Assembly: GCF_004010195.1 (NCBI RefSeq)
Contig: NC_057749.1
Coordinates: 24,195,359 to 24,219,657 of the forward strand
Length of the DNA: 24,299 nucleotides
Direction: 5' to 3'
From: Chiloscyllium plagiosum
Lineage: Eukaryota
Both the position numbers and the translations under genes were made by a program. Each line of letters opens with the position of its first letter. The first letter of the stretch is position 1. The notes under the pieces were generated by a model. It did no database searches, was not told where the DNA came from, and saw only the letters and a list, made by a program, of their open reading frames with translations. Positions 10,646 through 23,309 of this stretch are shown here, piece after piece.

Positions 10646-11502
10646 CATAGAGTCATAGAGATGTACAGTAGGGAAACAGACCCTTCTGTCCAACCCGTCC
10701 ATGCCAACCAGATATCCCAACCCAATCTAGTCCCACCTGCCAGCACCCGGCCCATATCCCTCCAAACCCTTCCTATTCATATACCCATCCAAATGCCTCT
10801 TAAATGTCGCAATTGTACCAGCCTCCANNNNNNNNNNNNNNNNNNNNNNNNNNNNNNNNNNNNNNNNNNNNNNNNNNNNNNNNNNNNNNNNNNNNNNNNN
10901 NNNNNNNNNNNNNNNNNNNNNNNNNNNNNNNNNNNNNNNNNNNNNNNNNNNNNNNNNNNNNNNNNNNNNNNNNNNNNNNNNNNNNNNNNNNNNNNNNNNN
11001 NNNNNNNNNNNNNNNNNNNNNNNNNNNNNNNNNNNNNNNNNNNNNNNNNNNNNNNNNNNNNNNNNNNNNNNNNNNNNNNNNNNNNNNNNNNNNNNNNNNN
11101 NNNNNNNNNNNNNNNNNNNNNNNNNNNNNNNNNNNNNNNNNNNNNNNNNNNNNNNNNNNNNNNNNNNNNNNNNNNNNNNNNNNNNNNNNNNNNNNNNNGC
11201 CTTACTGAAGTCCATATAGATCACATCTACTGCTCTGCCCTCATCAATCTTCTTTGTTACTTCTTCAAAAAAACTCAGTCAAGTTTGTGAGACATGATTT
11301 CCCACGCACAAAGCCACGTTGACTATCCCGAATCAGTCCTTGCCTTTCCAAGTACATGTACATCCTGTCCCTCAGGAATCCCTCCAACAACTTGCCCACC
11401 ACCGAGGTCATGCTCACCGGTCTATAGTTCCCTGGCTTGTCTTTACCGCCCTTCTTAAACAGTGGCATCACGTTTGCCAACCTTGCCAGTCTTCCGGCAC
11501 CT
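10646..11502 (-). mobile_element. CR1-clade LINE (RT fragment plus 3' end) spanning the assembly gap
   Basis: ANVMPLFKKGGKDKPGNYRPVSMTSVVGKLLE...QRGFVRGKSCLTNL..FF, then VDVIYMDFSK, and C-terminal EAGTIATFKRHLDGYM. Confidence 0.92.
10828..11198. other. Assembly gap (371 N)
   Basis: Run of N. Confidence 1.
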
Positions 11503-13122
11503 CTCCTCCCACAGATGTTGCCAGACCTTCTAAGTTTCTCCAGTGATTTTTGTTTTTATTTTTGGATTCTGACCTCTACAGCATTTTCTTTTTTTTAATC
11601 TCGTAATTTGACCGGCTCCTTTTCTCTCACCACAATACTGCACCTGCCCTCTGGGCAAATGACCTACTGGCATGGAGATGGTCTACAGAGCAGATTCCCC
11701 CAATTTCAGACCTTGGTTGTTGTGCAGATCCAGGAACGTCACGCTTAAGCAGATTGGAAACAAAAGCTTATTGTAACGATGATCAGAAGGAGTTGAGTCG
11801 TCTTGGAGGGAGAATAGACCAAACCATAAGGCTGTTGTAATGTAAGTTGTAGTGTCCCTACCCCTGAACCAGGAGACCTGGGATCAAATACTATCCACTC
11901 CAGAGATGTACCATAACAACTCAGAGCATGTTGATTAAAAACATCTGAACAAAGCATGTTGGTTAATATTTGTAGGTGTGCTGCTTTGTCTGTGGTTTCT
12001 CCCAGATACCTTTTGAATGCTGTTACTCCACAGTACGTTAAAATAACTAACAGCGGCCACTGAGAGATTGATTCAAGTTGCATTTATGAAACAGCTTGGC
12101 CTTTTAAAGTGGGAGTCTTGAAAGATTGTTGGCACTGAGTTCTGGTCCCCGCTTGTTTCTCTAGCTGAAGCGTGATGCTGTTTTAAAGGCCATTTATGGT
12201 CAATGAGTTCTCTGCTGGCACTTTGCTCTGTGGGGAGAAGCTGACTATCATAAAAGCTACCAGAAGCCAGACTAACCTTTAGCCTCTTGTAACAATAAGC
12301 TTTTGAGAAAAGGGTGTGGTGTGAGTAACTTTGTTTGACTCACCTGTGGAGTAGACTGTCATATTGGGATCTAAATGCACCTCAGATGAAGGTTTTCTGG
12401 GTTGTGCAGGAACAATGAAAGGATCGATCTTTTTATCGTCACTCTTTTTAAACCGATAAGAGACTAGCTTTCCAAATTAAGCTGACGTTTGTTTGTGTTT
12501 ACCCTTGAAGGATCAGTGTCTTTTGTAATTTAATGGCCGATTAGCTCGGCCATCCTTTTGAAGGTGGTGGGATAAGGTAAGAACTTTTTTTTGGAAAAAA
12601 AACCCTGAGATCCAGTGCCTTAACAAATAAGGGCTTAGAATACAAAGACAAGGAAGTTATGCCTATTGCTAAATTATCACTGATTAGGCCTGAGCTAAAT
12701 GATATGGATGTTCCACTGAATTCTAGAAAGGAGGTGAGAGTGATTGCCCCTTGACATCAAGGCAGCATTTCACCAAGTGTGGATCGAACCCCCCCCACCC
12801 CGGTCAGCCATGATTGCACTGAATGATGCAGTAAGTCTGAGGGGCTGAATGGCCCAATTGTCGGGTCAGCTTTCCCAACCAAGGGCTGACTAAAATGAGA
12901 TGGGTGTGAACTGACTCTAACAATGTCACTTAACTTGGCACATTTCGCAACTGACAGCATTGCTGTCATCAGGGAGTGCCGGGGATGTGTTTCCACATTC
13001 CTGATGCAACAAGCTGGAAGGATGACACTAAACCATCAGCCTCAGGGGGGGAAAAAATCAGAGGCAGCAAATGGGAGTGGTGGGGGGAAACTTCTCCAGC
13101 CAGTTGTCATGAAATTATGTCA

Positions 13123-13410
13123 GGCACAGTGGCTCAGTGGTTGGCAGTGCTGCCTCACAGCACAGGGACCCGGGTTCGATTCTCACCTCTGGTGACTGTC
13201 TGTCTGTGTGGAGTTTGCACATTCTCCCCGTGTCTGCGTGGGTTTCCTCCCACAATCCAAAAATGACTTGGCCATGCTAAATTGTCCATAGTGTTAGGTA
13301 TGTTAGCCAGGGGTCAATAAAGGGAATGGGTCGGGGTGGGTTCCTGTTTGGAGGGTCAGTGTGGACTTGTTGGGCCGAAGGGCCTGTTTCCATACTGTAG
13401 GGAATCTAAT
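13123..13410 (+). mobile_element. HE1-like tRNA-derived V-SINE
   Basis: A box tggctcagtgg, B box ggttcgattc, V-domain, tail gggccgaagggcctgtttccatactgtagggaatctaat. Confidence 0.9.
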
Positions 13411-14710
13411 GTATTGCTGTTTCCAGAAGATCAAAGGCTCCACGGGGTTTAAATGAATTCAGATGGAGCAGAAAATGGAGCGACTGACTAGTCCAGCCTT
13501 TCTGTCTCATGTCCTATCTTTCGCCAAACCCCTTGCTGTGTTTGTCACTGCCCTTGTGGTGACCTCCCCTCAACCTCATTGATTTGAGGTCGTCTCTAAC
13601 TCTGCCCGCACTTACCATTCCCTGCTCTCTTTTTCTTTCGACTTAAGTCAGTTGTGTTCTGGCACCACCTCGATTTTAAAATTCCCACCCTTGTTTTCAA
13701 GATTTCTCTCATGACCTCTCCTTTCCCATGTCCCTCTCATCTCTGTGCTCCTCCAGTCCTGGCCCCGGTGAGCTTTTCTGATTTTTTTTTTTGTTGTTGT
13801 TAATCACTGCAACTCAATGGCGTGCCTTCAGTTGGTCCCAAACTCTGGAATTTCTTCTCCGTGCCCCTCCACCTTGCTTTCCTCTCCCAAATGTGACCCT
13901 TTGGGACTTCTCTTTCTGACTGGGTTCTCAGTCATCTGCCAAAGCTGTATGACTTGCTACCCGATGTACATAGCTAAATATGAATAATGGGCCATTCGGC
14001 CCCTCAAGCCTGCTGCACCATTGCACAAGATTATGGCAGATCTAACTATGGCCTTAACCCCAGTTTTGAGTCTATCTCTGATAACGTTTAATCCACTTCT
14101 CTTCCCCCCCCCCCCCAATTAGTCAAGAATCTTCCCATTAAGCACTTGTGAAGCACCTTGATGTATTTTGCTCTGACGGTGCTATACAAATGCAATGGTT
14201 GAAATGAGATTATAACTTTGAACACAATCTCCGATCCCACTATCCAGCCCCATGTGACCATTCTTGACTACTTTGATAACTCTGTGAGCTACTAATGTTC
14301 TTCGACCATTTCCAATCATTGTTTTCTTTGTGTCCGGTTGATTTCTTTTTCCTCCTGGCTTCCTCACATCGGCGCCTGGGAGGCTAATCCTTAATCTCCG
14401 GACAATCTGGAAAACTGAGGGGTGGTGACTCCAGCAAGGAGGGGCACATTGTCCACTGGTTTGGGGGGGATGATGGAGGAGACAAGGCTGAGTGCTCAGG
14501 GAAGCTAAGGGGATACACTGCCTAAGAAGAAATGTGTGTGCATGCGTGCACTCACGTTTTTTAAAAAAAAACTCAATCACTGCATCAGAGTGATTTTAAC
14601 AAACGTTTACCACCCGGGGCTGTAAAAATCAAAAACCTAAAAACCAAGGAGGGAAAAATGGTTTTGGCGGGTGAGATAAATTTAATGGCTGTCCAGTTGT
14701 AGGAAACTGT

Positions 14711-15014
14711 GGGAGGCTCAGTGGTTAGCACTGCTGCCTCACAGCACCAGGGACCCAGGTTCGATTCCAGCCTCGGGTGGCTGTCTGTGTGGAGTTTGCA
14801 CATTCTCCCCGTGTCTGCGTGGGTTTCCTCCGGGTGCTCCGGTTTCCTCCCACAGTCCAAAGATGTGCAGGTCAGGGTGAATTGGCCATGCTAAATTGCC
14901 CAAAGTGTTAGCTGCATTAGTCAGAGAGGGATGGGTTACTCTTCGGAGGGCCAGTGTGGACTTGTTGGGCCGAAGGGCCTGTTTCCACACTGTAGGGAAT
15001 CTAATCTCAAATCT
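14711..15014 (+). mobile_element. HE1-like tRNA-derived V-SINE
   Basis: ggctcagtggttagcactgctgcctcacagc...ggttcgattcc, full V-domain, tail gtagggaatctaatct. Confidence 0.92.
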
Positions 15015-15323
15015 GAATTCTCTGACCAGAAATCAGTGCAAAATCACTGAAGTCTGTACCTATTGTTGTTATTTTAATGCATCTTTTTTTAATTTCAAAA
15101 ATGTTCTTATTTGTAAAAATATCCTAATGTGCTTATTCATAAAAATATCTTTGTGCACATACGTAGCCACTAAAGGGTAGCATAGGAAAAAAAAATCAAA
15201 CATCAGAGTTTAACTCTGTCCACAAAACAAACCAAAGGCATTTCTTGCTTGTGTAAATATTGTTTCATACATACTTGAGGTGCTGGGAGGGAGGAGCTTA
15301 TGATACATCTCTGAGGCAGATGG

Positions 15324-15533
15324 TTAAAAATGACACAACACCAGGTTATAGTCCAACAGGTTTATTTGGAAGCACTAGCTTTCGGAGCGCTGCTCCTTAT
15401 CAGTTGACAACCACCTGATGAAGGAGCAGTGCTCTGAAAGCTAGTACTTCCAAATAAACTTGTCAGACTATAACTTGGTGTTGTGTCATTTTTAACATTG
15501 TCCACCTCAGTCCAACACCGGCATCTCCAAATC
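15324..15533 (+). mobile_element. Palindromic Penelope-like insertion (second family) with 13-bp TSD and hammerhead-like core
   Basis: ~80-bp imperfect inverted arms 15323-15403 / 15415-15496. TSD CTGAGGCAGATGG at 15311-15323 and 15534-15546. Core CTGATGA-A-GGAGC AGT GCTCT-GAAA-GCTA at 15415-15443. Confidence 0.8.
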
Positions 15534-16185
15534 CTGAGGCAGATGGGACTTGATGCTGGGTCTTTTGGACCTCCCTTCATTTTGCTGGGTGGGCACTTGT
15601 ATGTTGTGGGGCACCACTTGCAGAAGACTTCTCTCCTGCCCCAGCACACGCATTGTTGACCTGAAAGAGTAAAAAATTCCTTCTTGGGTTTTTTTTTTGT
15701 TAAAAAAGAAAAGACTGATTTCAAATGTGTGGTAGGATTGCCTTTGGAGTGCACTCAGGCAGAGAGCTCCCTGAGTGGCTGAGAATTGATGTTTAACTCC
15801 TGTTTGTTCTTCAGTGAACAAATGGGAGGGTGTTCAATGCTCCCCCACCCAACTCCCAAAAAATACAGGGGGTAAATGTGTCATAGTCTCTATTAAATTG
15901 AAAAGAAACCCTTTTTTACCCAGGTAGTGATGAGAGCATGGCATTTGCTACCACATTGATTATCTTCACCTCAACTAGTCAATGCACTGTGGGGGAAACT
16001 AGGTATATGGTCAAGGGAGTAAAATAAAACAAAGTCTTGCTGGGGGTGAGATGAGATAGGGTGGTTCAAAGGGTTGCATGTTCAAGATAGATGAGGAATC
16101 TTTCTGAGGATAATAACTGTAAAATTCTTTACTGCAGACGGCTGGGTCATTAAGAATATCTAAAGGCTGAGATAGATTAGATTGG

Positions 16186-16367
16186 AGTCATACAGCACGG
16201 AAACAGACCCTTCGGTCCAACTCGTCCATGCCGACCAGATATTCCAACCCAATCTCTCGTCCATGCCGACCAGATATTCCAACCCAATCTAGCCCCACCT
16301 GCCAGCACCCAGTCCATATCCCTCCAAACCCTTCCTATTCATATACCCATCCAGATGCCTTTTAAAT
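16186..16367 (-). mobile_element. CR1/HER1-like LINE 3' tail with an internal 35-bp duplication
   Basis: gagtcatacagcacggaaacagacccttcgg...; 16221-16255 is identical to 16256-16290. Confidence 0.85.
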
Positions 16368-16665
16368 CGATTCCCTACAGCATGGAAACAGGCCCTTTTG
16401 CCTAACAAGTCCACACCGATCCTCTGAAGAGTAATCCACCCAGATCCCTACCCTATACTTACCCCTAACTAATGCGTCTAACACTATGGAAAATTTAGCA
16501 TGGCCAATTCACCTGACCTGCACATCTTTGGATTGTGGGAGGAAACTCATGCAGACACTGGGAGAATGTGCAAACTCAACACAGACAGTTGCCCGAGGCG
16601 GGAATTGAACCCGGGTCCCTCGTGCTGTGAGGCAGCACTGCTAACCACTGAGCCACGGTTCCGCC
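16368..16665 (-). mobile_element. HE1-like V-SINE
   Basis: Reverse complement of the 14711 element, ending ctaaccactgagccacggttccgcc. Confidence 0.9.
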
Positions 16666-17429
16666 ATAATCAGAAAGGGAATCGATGGTTATGGGGAAAA
16701 GGCAGGAAAGTGGAGATGAGAATTATCAGATCAGTCATGATCTCATTGAACTGTGGAGCAGACTAGGTGGGCTGAATGGTCTACTTCTGCTCTTGAATCA
16801 TATAGTCTTGTGTGATGGTTCAACAAGGGCATTCAGACCAAAGGTTTATGCCTGGTGTCTGTGCTGTCAATGCCCCTGTACAAGATTTAAGATTGAGAGA
16901 TTTAATCATTGGAATTTGCTTCCTATGAATTGTCTTTCCTGTGACTGAACCCTTTTGGTTTATGCAGCCCAGATCTCATTACTCCTGAAATTTTCTCTGA
17001 AACACAATGGGACATGCTGGCCTTGCTGAAATGACCCCCTTTAAAGCCAGATGACTTTAGCAAGTGTACACTAGAAATGATGGATCAGAATGTTGCTGAA
17101 TTTGATCAGCCTTAAGTTTGCGTTATGTTCTGGGACTCCTTGCATGGCTCCTGAATAGTAAATTTGTTGAAGGTTGTTTTTGGATAATTAAGTTACAAAT
17201 CAAATTGTTTTCTTGGATAGCTCCTCTATTTAAGTAGCTTAAGAGAGTTAAAAAGAAAAAGGGGAAATTTGTTTCTCACTGGTATTAGGGGGTTAATGTG
17301 GGCTGGGTTAAAAATAATCTTGTATTTATCCATTCCAAATGCATAGGACAATCCCGGTTGAAAATTTCGAGAGAGAAGGAATTTTGCAATGAATGGTGAA
17401 GGTGCCTGGCTCACTCACTGAGGTGGACA

Positions 17430-17829
<400 letters not shown>

Positions 17830-18411
17830 TGAGGAGGGCGGTTTTGCCAGCGTAACCTTTATCTCTGGATCACTGAGCTCTCGTGCCAATCTCATTCTCG
17901 AACCAGGGTCTGACCAGGGTGCCACCCTTAGGGGGCATGGCAAGCTGCCAGTCAGGATGGGATCAAACAGTAGCCCACCTTAAATCTGGGTCTCACTGCC
18001 CATTCAGCCACCTAGCCTCCCTCAACAAGTCCAGGTTCCCATGGCAACGTGCATGTTGACATGCATATTACTGCCCGGCACTCTGGCAACGATGGTAGAA
18101 CCTTCCATTTTGGTCCATCTCCCAGCCGACCAGGAGATTCTCCTGTTTTTGCTGCTGACCATTGATGTATCTTCAAAGAAGTTGTATGTTTATCCTCCAC
18201 CTGGTTGGCCGAGTTGGTTTTGAACCCAGGACTTCTGGTCCTGAGGCAGAGACACTACCCACAGCACCCAAAACCAACACGTGCAAATCTCTAGCTGCAG
18301 TCTTTTAAATATGAACGTATGGTAACGACCCTTTTAAGAGTTCCTTAGATTAAAAATCATTTGGGAACAAATTTAATTAGCTTTATTGATATTAAAGCAC
18401 AACAATGTTAC

Positions 18412-18747
18412 TAGATTAGATTACTTTAGATTAGATTAGATTAGATTACTTTACAGTGTGGAAACAGGCCCTTCGGCCCAACAAGTCCACACCGACCCGC
18501 CGAAGCGTAACCCAACCATACCCCTACATTTACCCCTTACCTAACACTACGGGCAATTTAGCATGGCCAATTCACCTGACCTGCACATCTTTGGACTGTG
18601 GGAGGAAACCGGAGCACCCGGAGGAAACCCACACAGACACGGGGAGAACGTGCAAACTCCACACAGTCAGTCGCCTGAGGCGGGAATTGAACCCGGATCT
18701 CTGGCGCTGCGAGGCAGCAGTGCTAACCACTGTGCCACCGTGCCGCC
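18412..18747 (-). mobile_element. HE1-like V-SINE, full length, with (TAGAT)n tail
   Basis: CpG-rich young copy: tagattagattagatt tail, V-domain, head gtgctaaccactgtgccaccgtgccgcc. Confidence 0.93.
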
Positions 18748-19433
18748 AGTTATATAGCACCTTCCATCATAGGGAAAGGGAATTTCCCAAGAGCTTTCTC
18801 AAGGATTAGACTCCAGCAAGTTCTGGTGGTTAATGTTCTCCAGCAAACTCCACTTTTTCTTTTAAGCGAGAATATTTTGAGGAGAACTGACATTACACAC
18901 TTCAAATCCTACACCCTGCCCTGAAGTTGGGGTTCCACACCTGGCTGGGTTCTGGCAGTCTCTGGGGATAGATTTTGCTGAGTCGCCCGAGATGAAATGG
19001 TGGGCATCGAGTGGCACCTGTCCACCCTGCGATGCATGTGGCCAAGCCAGAAATCTGGACATGTCCTGGAGGTGGTTCTTTCTTGTTAGCATTTGTGGAA
19101 GGTTAATTTGTTTTCGCTGGGGAGGGACTTGTATGTTGTAATCACGTGCTCAACCAGTTATTGGGTATCTTGACTGATTTCTATGATGCTCTGCTCTCCA
19201 TCCTCTTCTGCCTGCTTGTGTTAGCAAGTGAGAAGACCTAGCTGGATTTCTTTAACATCATCATATCATCCAGTCTTTGAGAAACAAGGATGGCCGCTTT
19301 GGCATCAGTGCCATGTTAGGAATGAGGGTAATGTTTAAAAGAGGGAAGGATGTTGGAGGATTATGTTACTCACCATTTTTTTGCGCACATTGACCTATAA
19401 AGGCAATGCTTAGAAGTTCTAAAATACCTCAAA

Positions 19434-19480
19434 GAGTTGGACCAAAGGGTCTGTTTCCATGCTGTACATCTCTATGACTA
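19434..19480 (+). mobile_element. Very short CR1/HER1-like 3' tail
   Basis: ggaccaaagggtctgtttccatgctgtacatctctatgact is essentially the reverse complement of 5587-5627. Confidence 0.75.
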
Positions 19481-19889
19481 TAAGTGGCATTATTATTGAC
19501 TAAGTCTTTAGAAATTATCTTTTTAAAATCATTTTCACCCCTTCCAGTCTGCTACCATGGTTGGCAAAAGAGCAGGCTTAGCTTTGAAGGTTGTTTTAGA
19601 AAACCAGTTGTATATTTTCTTCAATTCTTCCCCAGTGGTTCTGCTTGCTGAAGTAAAAATGAGTGATGAAGATTTGTTTTTGTGCTCAACTCTGTCTGTG
19701 CTGTTAACCTGTCTAATCATTGCTACACCCTAGGGGTTAATTACTTTGAGCCATTCTATCCCAAGTACCTGTGCTGACCGCCATTCTATGAATATTACCC
19801 TGGACCCCACTGTAGGACGCTGCCTGCTCGGGTTGAAATTGTAAACATAAGGCTTAGTATGAGGGAAGTCTCTGCTTTGATCACCATCT

Positions 19890-21110
19890 CTTTTATTTAT
19901 TCACTCCTGGGACATGGTTGTTGCTAACATTTATTGCCCGTTTCTGGTTGCCATTGAGAAAGTGGTGGTGAGCTGCTTCCTTGAATCCCTGCAATTTGTG
20001 TGCTGCAGGTAGACCCACAATGCCCTTAGGGAGGGAATTCCAGGTTTCCGACCCAGTGACTGAAGGAACTGTGATAAATTTCTAAGTCAAGGATAGTGAG
20101 TGGCTTGGAAGGGAACTTGCAGGTGGTGGTGTTCCCATGTAACTGCCCTTGTCCTTCAAGGCGGAAGTGGTTATGGCTTTGGAAGGTGCTGTCTAAAGAT
20201 CTTGGGTGAATTACTACTGTGGAACAGCCTGCCTGCAACAGTAGTTGACGTGCCAACTTTAAGGGCATTTAAATGGTCATTGGATAGACATTTGGATGAA
20301 AATAGAATAGTGTAGATTAGGTGGGCTTCTGATTGGTTTCACAGGTTGGCAAAACATCGAGGACTGAAGGGCCTGTATTGTGCTGTAATGTCTTATGTTC
20401 TATGTTCTGCAGTGCATCTTGTAGATTATACTGACTGCCACTACTGAACATTGGCACTACATCACTGCCTCCACCACCAATCAAGTGGGCTGCTATGTGC
20501 TTGATGGTGTCAGGCTTCTTGAGTGCTCAGAGCTGCACCCATCCAGGCAAGTAGGGATTATTCCATGACATGTGCCTTGTAGATGGTGGACAGGCTTTTG
20601 GGAGTCAGAAGGTGAGTTACTCATTGCAATATTCCTGGCTCCTGGTCTGCTCTTGCAGTTTGTGATGAGTCCATCATTGCAATATTCCTGGCTCCTGGTC
20701 TGCTCTTGCAGTTTGTGATGAGTCCAGTTGAGTTTCTGGTCCATGGTAACCATCAGGGTGTTGGTAACTGGGGAACTCAGTGGTGGTAACACCATTGAAT
20801 GTCAAGAGGCAGTGGTTAGATTGTCCCTTATTGGAGATGGTCAGAGTGTGGTGTGGTGTGAATATTGCTTACCACTTGTCAGCCTAAGCCTGGATATTGT
20901 CCAGATCTTTGTCATGGTCATAGAGTCATACAGTACGGAAACAGACCCTTTGGTCCAACCTGTCCATGCCGGCCAAGTTTCCCAACTAAACTAGCCATGT
21001 TTACTGAAATTTGACCCATATCCCTCTAAACCATTTGAACATGGACTGCTACGATTTCTGAGGAGCCGTGAATGGTGCTGAACATCGTACAATAATCAGT
21101 GAGCATCTCA
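19890..21110 (-). mobile_element. Decayed CR1/L2-type LINE 3' part with two nested LINE tails (~20213-20408 +, ~20912-21031 -)
   Basis: The minus strand at ~20480-20560 reads ...LAWMGAALSTQ..DTIKHIAAHLI-like RT C-terminus. It is interrupted by a LWNSLPATVVDVPTLRAFKWSLDRHL CR1 end and by a HER1-like tail. Confidence 0.65.
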
Positions 21111-21427
21111 ACAATAGTATCTCTTTTTGATTTTAATTTTTATGCTCTGTATAAAGGAGGAAATTAAGAAGTGTTGTGTTGACTCCCCCCTCAATGGGAG
21201 GGGAAATGTTAATAATGAAAGTTTGAGACCATTGGTAATAATGGTTTGGATTGACTAACTGGGGTGGAATTGGTGTCTGCTGACCCATCTTGTGCAAAGG
21301 CCAGGCCAGAGACAATTGTTTTTTTTCCCCAATGTCCCATCAAAGCCAAGATGATGAGACTCCCTGAGAATGAAATGGAAGCCTCTTCCAAAGTTGCATT
21401 GGTGAAAAGATTGGTGGTGGGGGTTAG

Positions 21428-21697
<270 letters not shown>

Positions 21698-21831
21698 TAA
21701 TCCTGCAGTTGGAATGAAGGAAATTTAGAATTCATGCCCATCCAAAAATAAGCATGATATTTTTCCATTTTCTACATCAGCTGTCTTGCCAACCCTTCTG
21801 ATGTGGAATATTTTTAGAGGGGGTTAGCGTT

Positions 21832-22140
21832 CACAGTGCAGAATAAGGCCATTTGCCCCTTCGAGTCTGCACCAGTGCTCTGAAGAGCATCCCACCCAGA
21901 TGACCCCACCTTCCATTCTTCTAGCTTCACATTTCCCATGGCTAACCCACCTAGCCTGTGTGTTCCTGAACACTACATGGGCAAGTTAGTATGGCCAATC
22001 CACCTCACCTGCGCATCTTTGGACTGTGGGAGGAAACCCACGCAGACACTGGGTGAACGTGCAAACGCCACATAGACAGTCACCCAAGGCAGGAATCAAA
22101 CCCAGGTCCCTAACGCAGTGAGGCAGCAGTGCTAACCACT
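21832..22140 (-). mobile_element. HE1-like V-SINE, diverged
   Basis: catctttggactgtgggaggaaacc...gaggcagcagtgctaaccact. Confidence 0.85.
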
Positions 22141-22768
22141 TTGGACTGTGGGTCATACTGCTGTTTAAACCTCTATCTAGTGTCCTATCTCTTAAAAGTC
22201 AACAGACAGGGGGGATTTCCATCTGTGTTGGCTAGCAATCCTGGTCCCAGTGGCAACAAGCCAGTGGTTGACCCATTGCACCTTTGAACAGTTTTGGACA
22301 TTAGTGCTTGCTGATTATGCTGTTGGACTTGTATTTTCAGTCCCTGGTAGATGTAGGTGAGTGTATAATTAATTATACACTGGTTGCAAAGTACAACAAT
22401 AACTGGTTTGGAAGAACCAACTGGACAGGAGCTGAGATCTCTAATGCAGTGAGCTGTTGTGATCTGGATTGCACTGCCTGTAAGGGGAGTGGAATCAGAT
22501 TCAATAATAACTCCCTGTGTAGAGAAATGGACATAGAACTGTTAGCAAGGTTGATGATGGATGAATGGTTTGGGCTAATTATGCTTGTTATGTTATGCCC
22601 AGTGAGCTAGTATAGGTACAATGGGCACCTCTTTCTGGGCCCATTTGTAAGGGGGCACGTTTATAAGTTTCTGTTTCACTGAACTTGCACACGCTGTCTT
22701 CGAGGAGAACTCATTTCATAATGTCTCAGACCTTGGCCGAAACTCACGCTTGTGTTTTTTATCTCCAG

Positions 22769-22839
22769 GTTGCACGTAAACTGGTGATCATTGAGAGTGA
22801 CCTGGAGAGGACTGAGGAGCGGGCGGAACTCTCTGAATC
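22769..22839 (+). CDS. TPM1: TPM1 exon 5 ([23 protein letters not shown][S])
   Basis: Acceptor ctccag| at 22768, 71 nt, phase-2 donor TC|gtatgt at 22840. Confidence 0.98.
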
Positions 22840-23233
22840 GTATGTATTGTTTCCACTGCTGTGCATTGTGTGTGAAACTAAATGTGCTTTAAAAGCCAAG
22901 CATTAAAACCTGCTTAGAAACATGTTGTGCAAAGCCACTTGGAAGAATCAAATCTTTGAGGACAGTGACTGCAAATCTCATCGTGTTTTATGGAAAAATA
23001 CCATTTCTAATGTGACCTTTTTTTGGTTATGAAATGAATCATTAGAAACCATAATCAGATTTCAACAAAGCCTGTACTCAAAGAATGAAAGCACTAATGA
23101 AACACATCCAGATGTGAAATGTCCATGGCTGTGTCTGTTTTGGGGATTTTTGTTTAACATGTTATCTCTTCTTCACTGCATGCTTTCATTGCACATTACT
23201 GTGTGGCCACGTGCAATTCTCGTGATCTGTTAG

Positions 23234-23309
23234 TCGGGCTCGCCAGGTGGAAGAGGAGGTTAGAATAATGGACCAAACCTTGAAATCTTTAGCAGCAGCA
23301 GAAAGCAAG
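23234..23309 (+). CDS. TPM1: TPM1 alternative exon 6a ([S]RARQVEEEVRIMDQTLKSLAAAESK)
   Basis: Acceptor tgttag| at 23233, 76 nt, phase 2 in and phase 0 out, donor AAG|gtactg at 23310. RIMDQTLK is typical of TPM1 exon 6a. Absent from the ORF track. Confidence 0.95.

Noticed and set aside
10559..11290. Long ORFs of 134-243 aa
   Set aside because: Artefacts of the N gap.
14711..14775. tRNA gene (A and B boxes), also at 13123, ~16600-16665 and ~18680-18747
   Set aside because: tRNA-derived SINE heads followed by a V-domain and LINE-like tail; no complete cloverleaf or Pol III terminator.
19394..19403. Isolated perfect CArG box CCTATAAAGG
   Set aside because: No supporting motif cluster; one or two such sites are expected by chance in 24 kb.
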